Program-made: the position numbers and the translations under genes | Assembly: GCA_035304385.1 (NCBI GenBank) | Contig: DATGQD010000062.1 | Coordinates: forward strand, 22,119-86,118 | Origin: Cyclobacteriaceae bacterium | GTDB taxonomy: Bacteria > Bacteroidota > Bacteroidia > Cytophagales > Cyclobacteriaceae | Reading direction: 5' to 3' | DNA: 64,000 nucleotides | Notes under the pieces: model-generated | Told to the model about the DNA's origin: nothing | Seen by the model: only the letters and a program-made list of their open reading frames with translations | Database searches by the model: none | Shown: positions 35,712 to 45,403 of the stretch, in pieces | Layout: each line of letters starts with the position of its first letter | Numbering within the stretch: position 1 is the first letter of the stretch

Positions 35712-38354
35712 ATGAAAATTTTACTGCTTTGTCTGGGCGTGGTGCTGGCTGTAGCGACGTCGGAAGCCCAGGTTGAATACGAAGTGACCGGTCGCGTTGT
35801 GGACGCTTCCGGAGGCGGACCGATGGCTGGCGCTCAGATTGTCGCCACCGGGGGTGCCGGTACCGTCGCCGACCGAAACGGTTCATTCCGGATTCCTGTT
35901 TCCGGGGAAACGGCGGAGGTTACCATTAGCTTTCTAGGCTATCTGACGCAAAGCTTTCAGGTGTCGCCGTCACAAACAGAGCTCGGCACGATAGCTTTGT
36001 CGGTCAGTCCGACGAGTCTGAGCGAAATTATCGTCAGTGCAACATCGCAGAACTACCGAAGCGACTTCAAAGGATCTAACTTCACGATCAGTCCAAGAGA
36101 CATCCGCAATACCAATCCCCTCAATACCGAAGAGGTTTTGAAAACGGTACCCGGGGTCAACATCGTGGGTGACATGGGGTTGTCGAATCGACCGAACATC
36201 AGCATCCGCGGTTCATGGGGACGGCGATCCCGCAAGATCCTGTTGCTGGAAGACGGCTCACCTGCGGCGCCGGCACCGTACATCGCGCCCGGTACGTATT
36301 ACAATCCGCTAAGTGATCGCGTTCAGGCTATAGAAGTGTACAAGGGTGCGGACATGCTGCGGTATGGCCCTAACAACATGTACGGTGCCGTAAACTACAT
36401 CACGGCGCTTCCTCCCCAACAGCCGGAACTGAGAGTTAAACTTGTCGGAGGATCCAGGAATTATGCCACCAGCCTGTTTTCATACGGGGGTACCTGGCAA
36501 AATCTGGGGGCGCTGGTGGAGGCGGTCCATAAAAAGTTCGACGGTTTTACCGACAATTCCGAAGTGGAGGTGCTCAACCTCAATGCCAAGATCTTCGCAA
36601 AGCTTTCCGACAACCAATCGCTCTACTTTAAGGTGAGCGCGCAATTCGAAGACAACCAGGCGACGTTATCCGCACTGACACCCTTCACCTTTAAAGTCGA
36701 TCCGAAGCAACAACCTTTTGATGCCGAATATTTCGACATGCGTCGTTACGGTATGGACATCATCCACAAATGGTTGATTAGTCCGACCCTGAGTCTTACC
36801 TCCAAAATATACGCCTCGGATTTTGAGCGCGACTGGTGGCGGCAGGTCACCACGGTAATCCCGGCCGCCGATGTGCACGCTTATGTTGGCGATAAAATAT
36901 TCAATGAACGTTATGGCTACCTCTCCGGAGTTACGTTCGGCGATGAGGACTATGTGCGGGTCGGCCGCATTAACGACGGACGTGAAAGCACCACCGACAG
37001 CCAATGGATCTTTACCGTCTCCGGTATACAGGAGACTTTTGAGGCCGACTGGCAGACAGGAGGGGAGACGCATCACTTCGAAGCGGCCGTGAAGTTGCAT
37101 CAGGAATCCTATCGCGACCGCTACCTGGCCGCCGGCAATTCGCGATGGGCACGCACAGGAACCCCGACATCCGATAACAGGTATCACCTCTGGTCCGTAT
37201 CCGGATATCTCCGCAACGAATTCAACATCAACCGGTTTAGCATTACACCGATCGTACGTTTCGAGCATATCGAAATGTACCGGCAAAACGTGCTGGCCGC
37301 TGCGCAAGACCCGGATGCAACAAGCCCGGATGCAGGTAAGGTGCGGAACACTTATAATGTGGCTATGCCCGGCGTCACGGTGGGCTACGAAATTCCCGGA
37401 GGGGAAGTGTACGGAAGCATATATCAAGGCTTCATCGCCCCGTCGAAGATATTTGGCTTTTTTGTGGAGCGCAACGGGGTGTTGACAGACCCGCTGCAGG
37501 GAGAGAACGTCAATATCAAACCGGAACTCAGCCTCAACCTGGAGTTAGGATGGCAGGGCAGCTTATGGAATGGTCGCCTTTCCGGGCAAGCCGCCGTTTT
37601 CAGCAACACCGTGAGAAACTTTATCGCGGCCGGCGAAAACGAGTTGTTCCTGGAACCGGGCCGGGTGAGGATACGAGGCGTCGAGGCAGGTCTTGGCGCG
37701 ATGCTGACATCGTCGGCGTCACCTCACGGGCTGCGGCTTACCGTCAATGCCACCATGCTGACTTCGGAGATTGTGGAGGGTGTGTTGCAAGACAAGGATA
37801 TGTTTTCTACCGTGGTACACAATTCTGCCACGCGAAATGAGTTTATCGATCGCGTCAACGACAATCGCAACGCTTATGAACTCTATACCCGAAACGGCCA
37901 GGGACAGGATGTTTTGTTGGATGCAACCACCATCGGCGAAGCCGACTTCGCCAACTTCAGCAAGGCGCTTGTACGCTATGGCGAGGGGTATGTAGAAGGC
38001 GCCCGTGCTCCGTATGTTCCGGACGTGAACGTTACCGCAGGACTTTCCTATTCTTTCAGGAAGTTTGCCGCGGGCGTGTCAGGTACTTATGTGAGTGATC
38101 AGTATGCCGAGTTTATGAACTTTGACGCTGAATCGGCAGACGGTGCAATCGGCAAGCTGCAGTCGTTTTACACGCTGGACTGCTTCGCCAACTACGACTT
38201 CCTCATCGGCGGCAAGACAACTTTGAATGTCTTTATCAACGGAAAAAATATTACGAACGAAATCTACAGAGCATCACGCCTCAATCGCGCCGCCTCGGGA
38301 GTCTTTCCCGGCGGTTTTGGGCAACTGATACTCGGCGTGAATCTCCAACTCTAA
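35712..38354 (+). CDS. TonB-dependent receptor with CarboxypepD_reg-like N-domain
   Basis: Signal peptide, VTGRVVDASGGGPMAGAQI...DRNGSFRI, plug (LKTVPGVNIV...ISIRGS...ILLLEDGSP), then a long barrel. Confidence 0.9.
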   Translation: MKILLLCLGVVLAVATSEAQVEYEVTGRVVDASGGGPMAGAQIVATGGAGTVADRNGSFRIPVSGETAEVTISFLGYLTQSFQVSPSQTELGTIALSVSPTSLSEIIVSATSQNYRSDFKGSNFTISPRDIRNTNPLNTEEVLKTVPGVNIVGDMGLSNRPNISIRGSWGRRSRKILLLEDGSPAAPAPYIAPGTYYNPLSDRVQAIEVYKGADMLRYGPNNMYGAVNYITALPPQQPELRVKLVGGSRNYATSLFSYGGTWQNLGALVEAVHKKFDGFTDNSEVEVLNLNAKIFAKLSDNQSLYFKVSAQFEDNQATLSALTPFTFKVDPKQQPFDAEYFDMRRYGMDIIHKWLISPTLSLTSKIYASDFERDWWRQVTTVIPAADVHAYVGDKIFNERYGYLSGVTFGDEDYVRVGRINDGRESTTDSQWIFTVSGIQETFEADWQTGGETHHFEAAVKLHQESYRDRYLAAGNSRWARTGTPTSDNRYHLWSVSGYLRNEFNINRFSITPIVRFEHIEMYRQNVLAAAQDPDATSPDAGKVRNTYNVAMPGVTVGYEIPGGEVYGSIYQGFIAPSKIFGFFVERNGVLTDPLQGENVNIKPELSLNLELGWQGSLWNGRLSGQAAVFSNTVRNFIAAGENELFLEPGRVRIRGVEAGLGAMLTSSASPHGLRLTVNATMLTSEIVEGVLQDKDMFSTVVHNSATRNEFIDRVNDNRNAYELYTRNGQGQDVLLDATTIGEADFANFSKALVRYGEGYVEGARAPYVPDVNVTAGLSYSFRKFAAGVSGTYVSDQYAEFMNFDAESADGAIGKLQSFYTLDCFANYDFLIGGKTTLNVFINGKNITNEIYRASRLNRAASGVFPGGFGQLILGVNLQL

Positions 38355-38356
38355 GT

Positions 38357-38409
38357 CAGACGCAGACGCAGATGCAGTTGCAATTGCCCCTGCCTCTGCG
38401 TCTGCGTCT
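38357..38409. terminator. 20-bp hairpin exactly filling a convergent spacer (bidirectional terminator candidate)
   Basis: AGACGCAGACGCAGATGCAG (38358-38377) pairs with CTGCCTCTGCGTCTGCGTCT (38390-38409) with one mismatch. The loop is ttgcaattgccc. Both arms are hexamer arrays (CAGACG / CGTCTG). Confidence 0.65.
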
Positions 38410-39523
38410 ATTCAAGTAGGGAAGAAAGGGCTCCGAGTAGCATATTGACATGATTCTCACTGCTGCTGTTGCCCATAAGCCCAACACGCCAGATTTTTCC
38501 TGCGAAGTCGCCTAAGCCACCACCCACTTCAATGTTGTATTCATCAAGAAGCCGGCGTCGGTAGGTGGCGTCGTCGACGCCATCCGGAAGTTTTACCGCG
38601 TTGAGCATAGGCAACCGGTACCGAGGTTCGACGACAAACTCAAAGCCCATCGCTTCCAGTCCTACGCGCAGCCGATCATGATTTTCGCGATGTCGCTTGA
38701 AACGGTTTTCCAAACCTTCTTCCAGGACCAGTCGCAACGCTTCATACATGGCGAGTACGGACGATACCGGTGCGGTGTGATGATACGCACGCTTTGCTCC
38801 GGACCAATAATGGCGTACTTGTGTGAGGTCGAGAAACCAGCTTTGCACTTTCGTCTTGCGTGCATCGAGTGCTTTGATCGCTCTGGGACTGAATGTCACG
38901 GGCGAAAGACCTGGCGGGGCGCTCAGACATTTTTGAGATCCGGAATATAGCGCGTCGATTTCCCATTCGTCTACTTTCACCGGTGCGCCACACCAGGAGG
39001 TGACAGCATCCACTACGAGCAGCGCGCCCGCGCGATGGGTGATTTCACTAATCGCTTCCAAAGGTTGCATAACGCCGGTGGAAGTCTCGGCATGGACGAT
39101 GGCCACAAGCTTAGGTCGACGTCCAGCAACCGCCTCTTCAACGGCGGCGGGATCAATGGGCTGACCCCAGGGCGCCTCCACACGTACGACCTTCGCGCCA
39201 GCACGTTCTGCGATGTCGGCCATCCTGTTGCCGAATACACCGTTGATGCAAATGATGGCCTCGTCGCCAGGTTCCAGCAGATTGACAAGGCAGGTTTCCA
39301 TTCCTGCGCTACCCGGCGCCGACACGACGAAGGTCAGGTCGTTTTTAGTTTCGAGCGTAAGCTGCACCATCTCTTTGACCTCATCCATGATCTTGAGAAA
39401 CTCCGGGTCGAGATGACCGATAAGCGGTGTAGCCATGGCGAGCAGGACCCGCGGATGCGCGTCGCTGGGTCCCGGCCCCATGAGGATACGTTTGCTCGTC
39501 TTCAATTCGGGAAAATCTGTCAT
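38408..39523 (-). CDS. class-V PLP aminotransferase (alanine-glyoxylate / serine-pyruvate type)
   Basis: MTDFPELKTSKRILMGPGPSD... from ATG 39523. PLP-Lys context YSGSQKCLSAPPG. The track start at 39592 is probably too long. Confidence 0.85.
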   Translation of the reverse strand: MTDFPELKTSKRILMGPGPSDAHPRVLLAMATPLIGHLDPEFLKIMDEVKEMVQLTLETKNDLTFVVSAPGSAGMETCLVNLLEPGDEAIICINGVFGNRMADIAERAGAKVVRVEAPWGQPIDPAAVEEAVAGRRPKLVAIVHAETSTGVMQPLEAISEITHRAGALLVVDAVTSWCGAPVKVDEWEIDALYSGSQKCLSAPPGLSPVTFSPRAIKALDARKTKVQSWFLDLTQVRHYWSGAKRAYHHTAPVSSVLAMYEALRLVLEEGLENRFKRHRENHDRLRVGLEAMGFEFVVEPRYRLPMLNAVKLPDGVDDATYRRRLLDEYNIEVGGGLGDFAGKIWRVGLMGNSSSENHVNMLLGALSSLLE

Positions 39524-39927
39524 AGCGCTACGTAAAAATGGGCTGTGGTGGTATGTGCAATATAGCAATTGATTGAGGGGGAGGAGGGGCAATCCGGTAT
39601 GATTTTTGGAAACATAGAAGTAATAAGAATAATCCTATGCGATGGGTTACCAGGCGTAACGCCACTCATTAAGTGCAAAAAACTGAAAAGGTTATGAATT
39701 TCAGGGCTCTCTTAATCATACTGATTGTTGCCATCGGCCTTCTTTGGATCCGCGCTATGGATGCCGGACTCTATTGACCGGAATCTGTTCGCCGCCCGAC
39801 GGCGCCTTCGACCTGTCGTTTGGTTCGTTGGGCGGTTCCCCCTCCTGTTGCACCCGAAGTCCGGGTGAGTTTGATTGTAAATCGCTAGCTTTGAGGTTGC
39901 TACCAGAGGTTTGCCTGGCGTAATTTC

Positions 39928-41061
39928 ATGAGAGCGTGTAAATCCGATTACCCGGTATATAATTTTTCCCGGGTCCTGCATCTGGCCTTTTTCATTATGT
40001 TCCTTGGAGCCTGTGCTCCCAGGGAGCAGGAACCGGACTGGACGATGGTTCCTTTTGCGAAGGCTGACACGGTTAACCCTGTGCTTCAGCCCCTCGACAG
40101 TTCACGTTTCGTCTGCCCGGTGCGCGGCAGCGTGGTTCACTGGGAGCGGAAAGATGTGTTTAATCCGGCGGCTGTGGTGAAGGACAACAAAGTGTTTCTC
40201 CTGTACCGCGCCGAAGACACAGTGGGTCGCCACGCGGGAACGTCACGCATCGGACTCGCCGAAAGTACAGATGGCCTTCACTTCGTACGACGGCCTGAGC
40301 CGGTCCTCTTTCCCCGCGAGGATGCCTACATAAACTATGAATGGGAGGGCGGCTGTGAAGATCCGCGCATCGTGGAGGATGGACGGGGAACGTACTACAT
40401 GACCTATACGGCATACGACGGCAACATTGCCCGACTGCTTATCGCATCGTCACACGACCTCATCACCTGGAAAAAACACGGCGCGGTATTTCGCAATGCA
40501 CACAAAGGAAAGTTCGTAAACAAGTGGACCAAATCAGGCGCCATCGTCACCCGGCTGGAAAACGGAAGGCTGGTGGCCGCCCGCATTGGGGGAAAGTATT
40601 GGATGTATTTTGGCGACACGCACATATTCGCAGCCACGTCGGATAACATGGTGGAATGGACACCGCTCATCACCGAAGACGGTAAGGACTTCCTGCCCAT
40701 CTTCTCGCCGCGCGAAGGCATGTTCGACAGCGACCTGGTAGAACCCGGCCCTCCGGCGATGGTCACCGATAAAGGTATTCTGCTGCTATACAATGCACGC
40801 AACCATCCCGAGAAAGGAGATCCCGACCTTCCCGCCGGAACGTACACCGCCGGCCAGGTGCTGCTGGATCCCAACGACCCCACCCATGTGCTGGACCGTA
40901 CGGATGAGTACTTCTTCCGCCCCACCCAGTCTTATGAAATCACCGGCCAGGTCAATAACGTGTGCTTCCTGGAAGGTCTGGTGTTCTTCAAGGACAGGTG
41001 GCTGCTGTATTATGGCACGGCCGACTCGAAGATCGCCGTAGCCACCTACGCGGGAGGGTGA
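39928..41061 (+). CDS. GH130 family glycosidase (lipoprotein)
   Basis: VFNPAAVVKDNKVFLLYRAED...SRIGLAESTDGLHF...WEGGCEDPRIV...YYMTYTAYDG...YYGTADSKIAVA is typical of GH130. An N-terminal lipobox (FLGAC) is present. Confidence 0.85.
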   Translation: MRACKSDYPVYNFSRVLHLAFFIMFLGACAPREQEPDWTMVPFAKADTVNPVLQPLDSSRFVCPVRGSVVHWERKDVFNPAAVVKDNKVFLLYRAEDTVGRHAGTSRIGLAESTDGLHFVRRPEPVLFPREDAYINYEWEGGCEDPRIVEDGRGTYYMTYTAYDGNIARLLIASSHDLITWKKHGAVFRNAHKGKFVNKWTKSGAIVTRLENGRLVAARIGGKYWMYFGDTHIFAATSDNMVEWTPLITEDGKDFLPIFSPREGMFDSDLVEPGPPAMVTDKGILLLYNARNHPEKGDPDLPAGTYTAGQVLLDPNDPTHVLDRTDEYFFRPTQSYEITGQVNNVCFLEGLVFFKDRWLLYYGTADSKIAVATYAGG

Positions 41062-41153
41062 CAAAAACAGGGGCAAACAGCCTCCATCTACATGAGGCTC
41101 CGTTGGTTCGCGTTTCAAATATTCGTAACATTCCCCTCCTAAAATTCCAGACT

Positions 41154-42014
41154 ATGAAAAGAATTGTCCTTTCCCTGCTATTACTCTGTCTTGTCCTTTC
41201 AGCACGCTCCCAGGAGAGCAAGGTCTTTGACAACCTTTCGATGACCAGCAAGATCCTGAAAGGAGAAAGAAAATTTGCGATTTACTTACCTCCCGGCTAT
41301 GAAACCTCGCAGCGAAGTTATCCTGTATTGTACCTGTTACACGGTGGTGGCGACGATCAGACGGGCTGGGTGCAGTTTGGCGAGGTGCAGCACATCACCG
41401 ATAAGGCCATTAAAGAAGGTAAGGCAACACCCATGATCGTGGTGATGCCCGATGCCAACACAGGCGTGAGGGGATATACTAATACCCCCGACGGATCGTG
41501 GCGTTATGAAGATTTCTTTTTCGAAGAGTTCATGCCCTACATAGAAAAGACATACCGGATACGCGCTGAGAAACGATATCGCGCTGTTGCGGGCCTTTCC
41601 ATGGGTGGCGGAGGAACATTCTATTTTGCATTGCACCGCCCCGACCTCTTTTCGGCGGCATGTCCGTTGAGTGCGAGCACCGGACCGCTTACGCTGGAAG
41701 ATGCCCGGAGATATGCCGAACGCTCCAACAGGCCGGCCAACGATGCGCAACTCGAGGCGTGGTACAAGCGGTACAGCGCCCTTGAGCTGATCAATGCCAT
41801 GCCTGACGACCAGAAGAAAGCGGTGCGTTGGTATATCGACTGCGGTGATGACGACTTCCTGTACGAAGGCAATTCACTCGTCCACATCGCTATGCGAAAG
41901 AAAGAAATCCCGCACGAGTTTCGTATCCGCGAAGGAGGCCACACCTGGTCGTACTGGCGCTCAGCGCTCCCCGAAGTGCTGGCGTTCATTTCGGCAGGAT
42001 TCCATCAGCCTTGA
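41154..42014 (+). CDS. secreted esterase (putative esterase / esterase D-like alpha/beta hydrolase)
   Basis: Signal peptide from ATG 41154, YPVLYLLHGGGDDQTGW, and nucleophile elbow GLSMGG. Confidence 0.8.
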   Translation: MKRIVLSLLLLCLVLSARSQESKVFDNLSMTSKILKGERKFAIYLPPGYETSQRSYPVLYLLHGGGDDQTGWVQFGEVQHITDKAIKEGKATPMIVVMPDANTGVRGYTNTPDGSWRYEDFFFEEFMPYIEKTYRIRAEKRYRAVAGLSMGGGGTFYFALHRPDLFSAACPLSASTGPLTLEDARRYAERSNRPANDAQLEAWYKRYSALELINAMPDDQKKAVRWYIDCGDDDFLYEGNSLVHIAMRKKEIPHEFRIREGGHTWSYWRSALPEVLAFISAGFHQP

Positions 42015-42086
42015 GGAAGGGCGCGGAGGTGTAACCGCGAAGGCGCGGAGACGCGAACAGGTGTCATACGGTACTAACATCGTGTA

Positions 42087-42114
42087 GTAGAGACGTAACA
42101 TGTTACGTCTCTAC
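42087..42114. terminator. perfect 28-bp palindrome (hairpin without U-tract)
   Basis: GTAGAGACGTAACA (42087-42100) is immediately followed by its exact reverse complement TGTTACGTCTCTAC (42101-42114). Confidence 0.45.
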
Positions 42115-42177
42115 ATCATTTATCACTATTTTGCGGTCCCTCCGTTTTTTTCAACGGTCTCGACATCGTTATCCTGA

Positions 42178-44133
42178 GTGCTTAAAAGAATAATCCTTAA
42201 TACGCGCGCAGCCTGGCGAGATAACGTATACCGGCATCTGGTGCTCAGCCTGTTGCTGGTAATGGGATTGTACAGCCTTTGCCGGATCGGCTTTTACCTA
42301 TACAACACGTCTTTCTTTCCGGACATGACGTTCGGAAACTTTATGTACCTGATGCTGGGAGGACTGAAGTTCGACTTGTCGGCCGTCCTATACACCAACG
42401 TATTGTTCATCCTCCTGCTCATCATTCCTTTGAACTATCGGTTCGACGCGCGCTTTAAGAAGGGATTGGCGATCTGGTTCTTTGTCACGAACGGGGCCGC
42501 GCTGGCAATGAATGTGGCGGACTTTATCTACTATCGTTTCACCCTTCGTCGCACTACCGCCGATATCTTCCGGCAGTTTGAGCACGAAACCAACCTGGGA
42601 CCACTCTTCTTCCGCTTTCTGTTCGACTACTGGTATGCTACCGCGTTTCTGGTGTTGGTCGTGGTGCTTTTGGTCGTCGTATACAAGCGACTCGACTACG
42701 ATGGGCCGCTGGTGCAACGTCGCCTGTCGTACTACGGTGGCGGCTTCCTGTCTATGCTCGTCATTATCTACCTGACTGTAGGTGGCATGCGGGGTGGTTT
42801 CCGGGAAAGCACACGTCCCATTACGCTCAGCAATGCCGGCGAGTATGCGCGCAACCCGCGCGATATTAGCATTGTGCTGAATACGCCCTTTGCGCTGTTC
42901 CGCACATTGGGCAAGACCCACATCGCCCCGGTACAATATTTTCCTGAAGACGAACTCGAGGCCATGTACACCCCGGTGCACGACTTGCCAGACACGCTGG
43001 AAGCCCGGCCCGACAATGTCGTTATTATTATCCTCGAAAGCTTTTCGCGGGAATTCATCGGGTACCTCAACCGCGACAAGGAGAATGGCACATATCGGGG
43101 ATACACGCCGTTCCTCGACTCGTTGCTGCAGTACAGCCTGACCTTTGAACATACGTTTTCAAATGGTCGGAAGTCTATCGACGGTCTTCCTTCCGTCGTC
43201 AGCAGTATCCCATCCCTGGGTGTTCCCTATTTTCTTTCGCCGTATTCCTCCAACCGTATCAACAGCGTCGCATCGCTGCTCGGTGAAAGAGGATACTATT
43301 CTGCGTTCTTTCATGGTGCGCCCAACGGTTCTATGGGATTTGGGGCGTTCGCAAATATTGCGGGCTTTGACGACTACTACGGGATGGACGAGTATGGAAA
43401 CAGCGACGACTTCGATGGGATATGGGGCATATGGGATCACAAGTTCTTCGATTATTTCGCCACACAGCTCGACACCTTCCGCGAGCCCTTCGTTGCGACC
43501 ATGTTTTCGGTTTCATCGCACCACCCGTTCGAAATTCCCAGGGAATTTAAAGGCCGGTTTAAAGGCGGCCCGCTCCCCATTCAGAAATGTATCGAATACA
43601 CCGACTATGCGTTGAAGGAATTTTTCGCCAAAGCCTCCCGCATGCCCTGGTACGAGAATACTTTGTTTGTCATCACCGCGGATCATTGCTCGTCCAATAT
43701 TTACTTTCCCGAAGGACATACGGCCTGGGGCCTGTACTCCGTGCCCGTGATTTTCTTTAAACCCGATGGCAGCCTCGCGGGAATAAGAAACTCAATCGGA
43801 CAGCAAATTGACATTATGCCCTCCGTCATGGGCTATCTGGGCTACACCGATCCTTTTGTCGCATTCGGTCGCGATCTTTTTCATCCGGACGGCGAAGAGC
43901 CGTTTGCCTTTAATTTCAACGACAACGTCTATCAGATCATGATGGACGGGCACCTGCTGATGTTTGACGGAGAGAAAACCGTTGGCTTCTATAATTATGT
44001 AGAAGATCCACTGATGAAAGCTGACCTGAAAGAGGCAGGGGGAGAGCGCATGTTAAAAATGGAGGATCAACTCAAAGCTGTTATTCAACAGTACAATAAT
44101 CGTATGATCGGCGACCGCCTCGTTGTAGATTAG
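42178..44133 (+). CDS. LTA synthase family / sulfatase-domain membrane protein (phosphoglycerol or phosphoethanolamine transferase-like)
   Basis: About 5 N-terminal TM helices, then an alkaline-phosphatase-superfamily domain (VVIIILESFSREF..., FSNGRKSIDGLPS, FHGAPNGSMGF, SSHHPF, ITADH). GTG start. Confidence 0.85.
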   Translation: MLKRIILNTRAAWRDNVYRHLVLSLLLVMGLYSLCRIGFYLYNTSFFPDMTFGNFMYLMLGGLKFDLSAVLYTNVLFILLLIIPLNYRFDARFKKGLAIWFFVTNGAALAMNVADFIYYRFTLRRTTADIFRQFEHETNLGPLFFRFLFDYWYATAFLVLVVVLLVVVYKRLDYDGPLVQRRLSYYGGGFLSMLVIIYLTVGGMRGGFRESTRPITLSNAGEYARNPRDISIVLNTPFALFRTLGKTHIAPVQYFPEDELEAMYTPVHDLPDTLEARPDNVVIIILESFSREFIGYLNRDKENGTYRGYTPFLDSLLQYSLTFEHTFSNGRKSIDGLPSVVSSIPSLGVPYFLSPYSSNRINSVASLLGERGYYSAFFHGAPNGSMGFGAFANIAGFDDYYGMDEYGNSDDFDGIWGIWDHKFFDYFATQLDTFREPFVATMFSVSSHHPFEIPREFKGRFKGGPLPIQKCIEYTDYALKEFFAKASRMPWYENTLFVITADHCSSNIYFPEGHTAWGLYSVPVIFFKPDGSLAGIRNSIGQQIDIMPSVMGYLGYTDPFVAFGRDLFHPDGEEPFAFNFNDNVYQIMMDGHLLMFDGEKTVGFYNYVEDPLMKADLKEAGGERMLKMEDQLKAVIQQYNNRMIGDRLVVD

Positions 44134-44260
44134 CGGGGTGCCGGCGTTTTTGAAGCGCTAGCTTTACACTTTCCGGGGAATTCCTGTGAAACCTCAAAGG
44201 AGGAATTGCAAAATGTAACATTTGCAGTGTTTGTGCGGTTTATTCTGGTGAAATTTGGCC

Positions 44261-44268
44261 TATATTTG
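44261..44268 (+). promoter_or_regulatory. candidate -7 box TATATTTG upstream of nuoA
   Basis: Matches TAnnTTTG. It is about 130 nt upstream of the nuoA ATG. There is no good -33 element. Confidence 0.3.
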
Positions 44269-44396
44269 AGCGCTTTTGTTGGAAATCGACCTGTGGGGAC
44301 AGGTTTGGTCGCTTATGATTTTATTCGAACTGTGTATTTTTTTTAACAGTAATTGCCTCTCCCCGGTCCGAACACTACACTGCAATCGTTCGCATT

Positions 44397-44801
44397 ATGG
44401 ATAGCGCTCATTCATACGATTTGCTGCTCGATTACCTGCCTGTGCTGTTCATGTTCTTTCTGGCGGTGGTCTTTGTTGGCGTGACCATGATCGTCACGCA
44501 CAAGCTTGGTCCCCTCCGGAAGACAAAGGTGAAGCTGGAATCTTTTGAATGCGGCATTGAGTCGAAGGGCAACGCCAGGTTGCCACTGCATATCCGGTAT
44601 TTTCTTGTCGCAATCCTCTTTGTCCTCTTCGATGTTGAAGTGATTTTCATGTACCCGTGGGCGGTGAACTTCCGCGACATGGGGATCCAGGGTTTTGTTG
44701 AAATGATGGTGTTTGTCGCCTTTCTGCTTGTCGGTTTCATGTATGCAGTGCGCAAAGGCACGCTGCGGTGGCACCCGAGCCATGACAAAGAGGGCGAATG
44801 A
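44397..44801 (+). CDS. nuoA: NADH-quinone oxidoreductase subunit A
   Basis: ND3-like: ...LESFECGIES...IRYFLVAILFVLFDVEVIFMYPW. Confidence 0.92.
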   Translation: MDSAHSYDLLLDYLPVLFMFFLAVVFVGVTMIVTHKLGPLRKTKVKLESFECGIESKGNARLPLHIRYFLVAILFVLFDVEVIFMYPWAVNFRDMGIQGFVEMMVFVAFLLVGFMYAVRKGTLRWHPSHDKEGE

Positions 44802-44848
44802 ACCTTGTCAGGAAAAGACATGTCGGACCCTGATAAAACGATAAAGGC

Positions 44849-45403
44849 ATGAGTGAAATGGACGTTAAGGTCGGTCTTGCGGAAAAACCTCCCGGTGTTG
44901 AAGGCGCTGGCTTTTTTGCCACGAGTCTTGAAAAGGTGGTGGGGCTCGCCCGCAAGAACTCCATCTGGCCTTTGCCGTTCGCGACTTCCTGCTGCGGCAT
45001 TGAATTCATGGCCACCATGGGCGCACACTACGACCTGGCCCGTTTCGGATCGGAACGCCTGAGCTTTTCACCACGTCAGGCCGACCTGCTCATGGTTATG
45101 GGTACCATAGCGAAGAAAATGGGCCCCATCCTGCGGCAGGTGTACGAGCAAATGGCGGAACCCCGGTGGGTGATGTCTGTCGGCGCCTGTGCATGCAGCG
45201 GCGGCATCTTCGATACGTACAGTGTGTTGCAAGGCATCGACCGGATTATCCCTGTCGACGTCTACGTGCCCGGCTGCCCACCGCGCCCCGAACAGATCCT
45301 CGACGGCATTATGAAAATCCAGCACCTGGTGGAAACGGAATCCCTGCGAAGGCGGGATTCGCCGGAGTACAAGGCATTACTCAATAAATACGGTATCGAG
45401 TAA
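44849..45403 (+). CDS. nuoB: NADH-quinone oxidoreductase subunit B
   Basis: PFATSCCGIEFMA, GACACSGG and VPGCPPRPE (N2 cluster cysteines). Confidence 0.95.
   Translation: MSEMDVKVGLAEKPPGVEGAGFFATSLEKVVGLARKNSIWPLPFATSCCGIEFMATMGAHYDLARFGSERLSFSPRQADLLMVMGTIAKKMGPILRQVYEQMAEPRWVMSVGACACSGGIFDTYSVLQGIDRIIPVDVYVPGCPPRPEQILDGIMKIQHLVETESLRRRDSPEYKALLNKYGIE

Noticed and set aside
39712-39981. - strand 89-aa ORF between the aminotransferase and GH130
   Set aside because: Its composition is Arg/Pro/Gly-rich (TTGRRRRRAANRFR). It overlaps the GH130 start and signal peptide, so it is likely non-coding.
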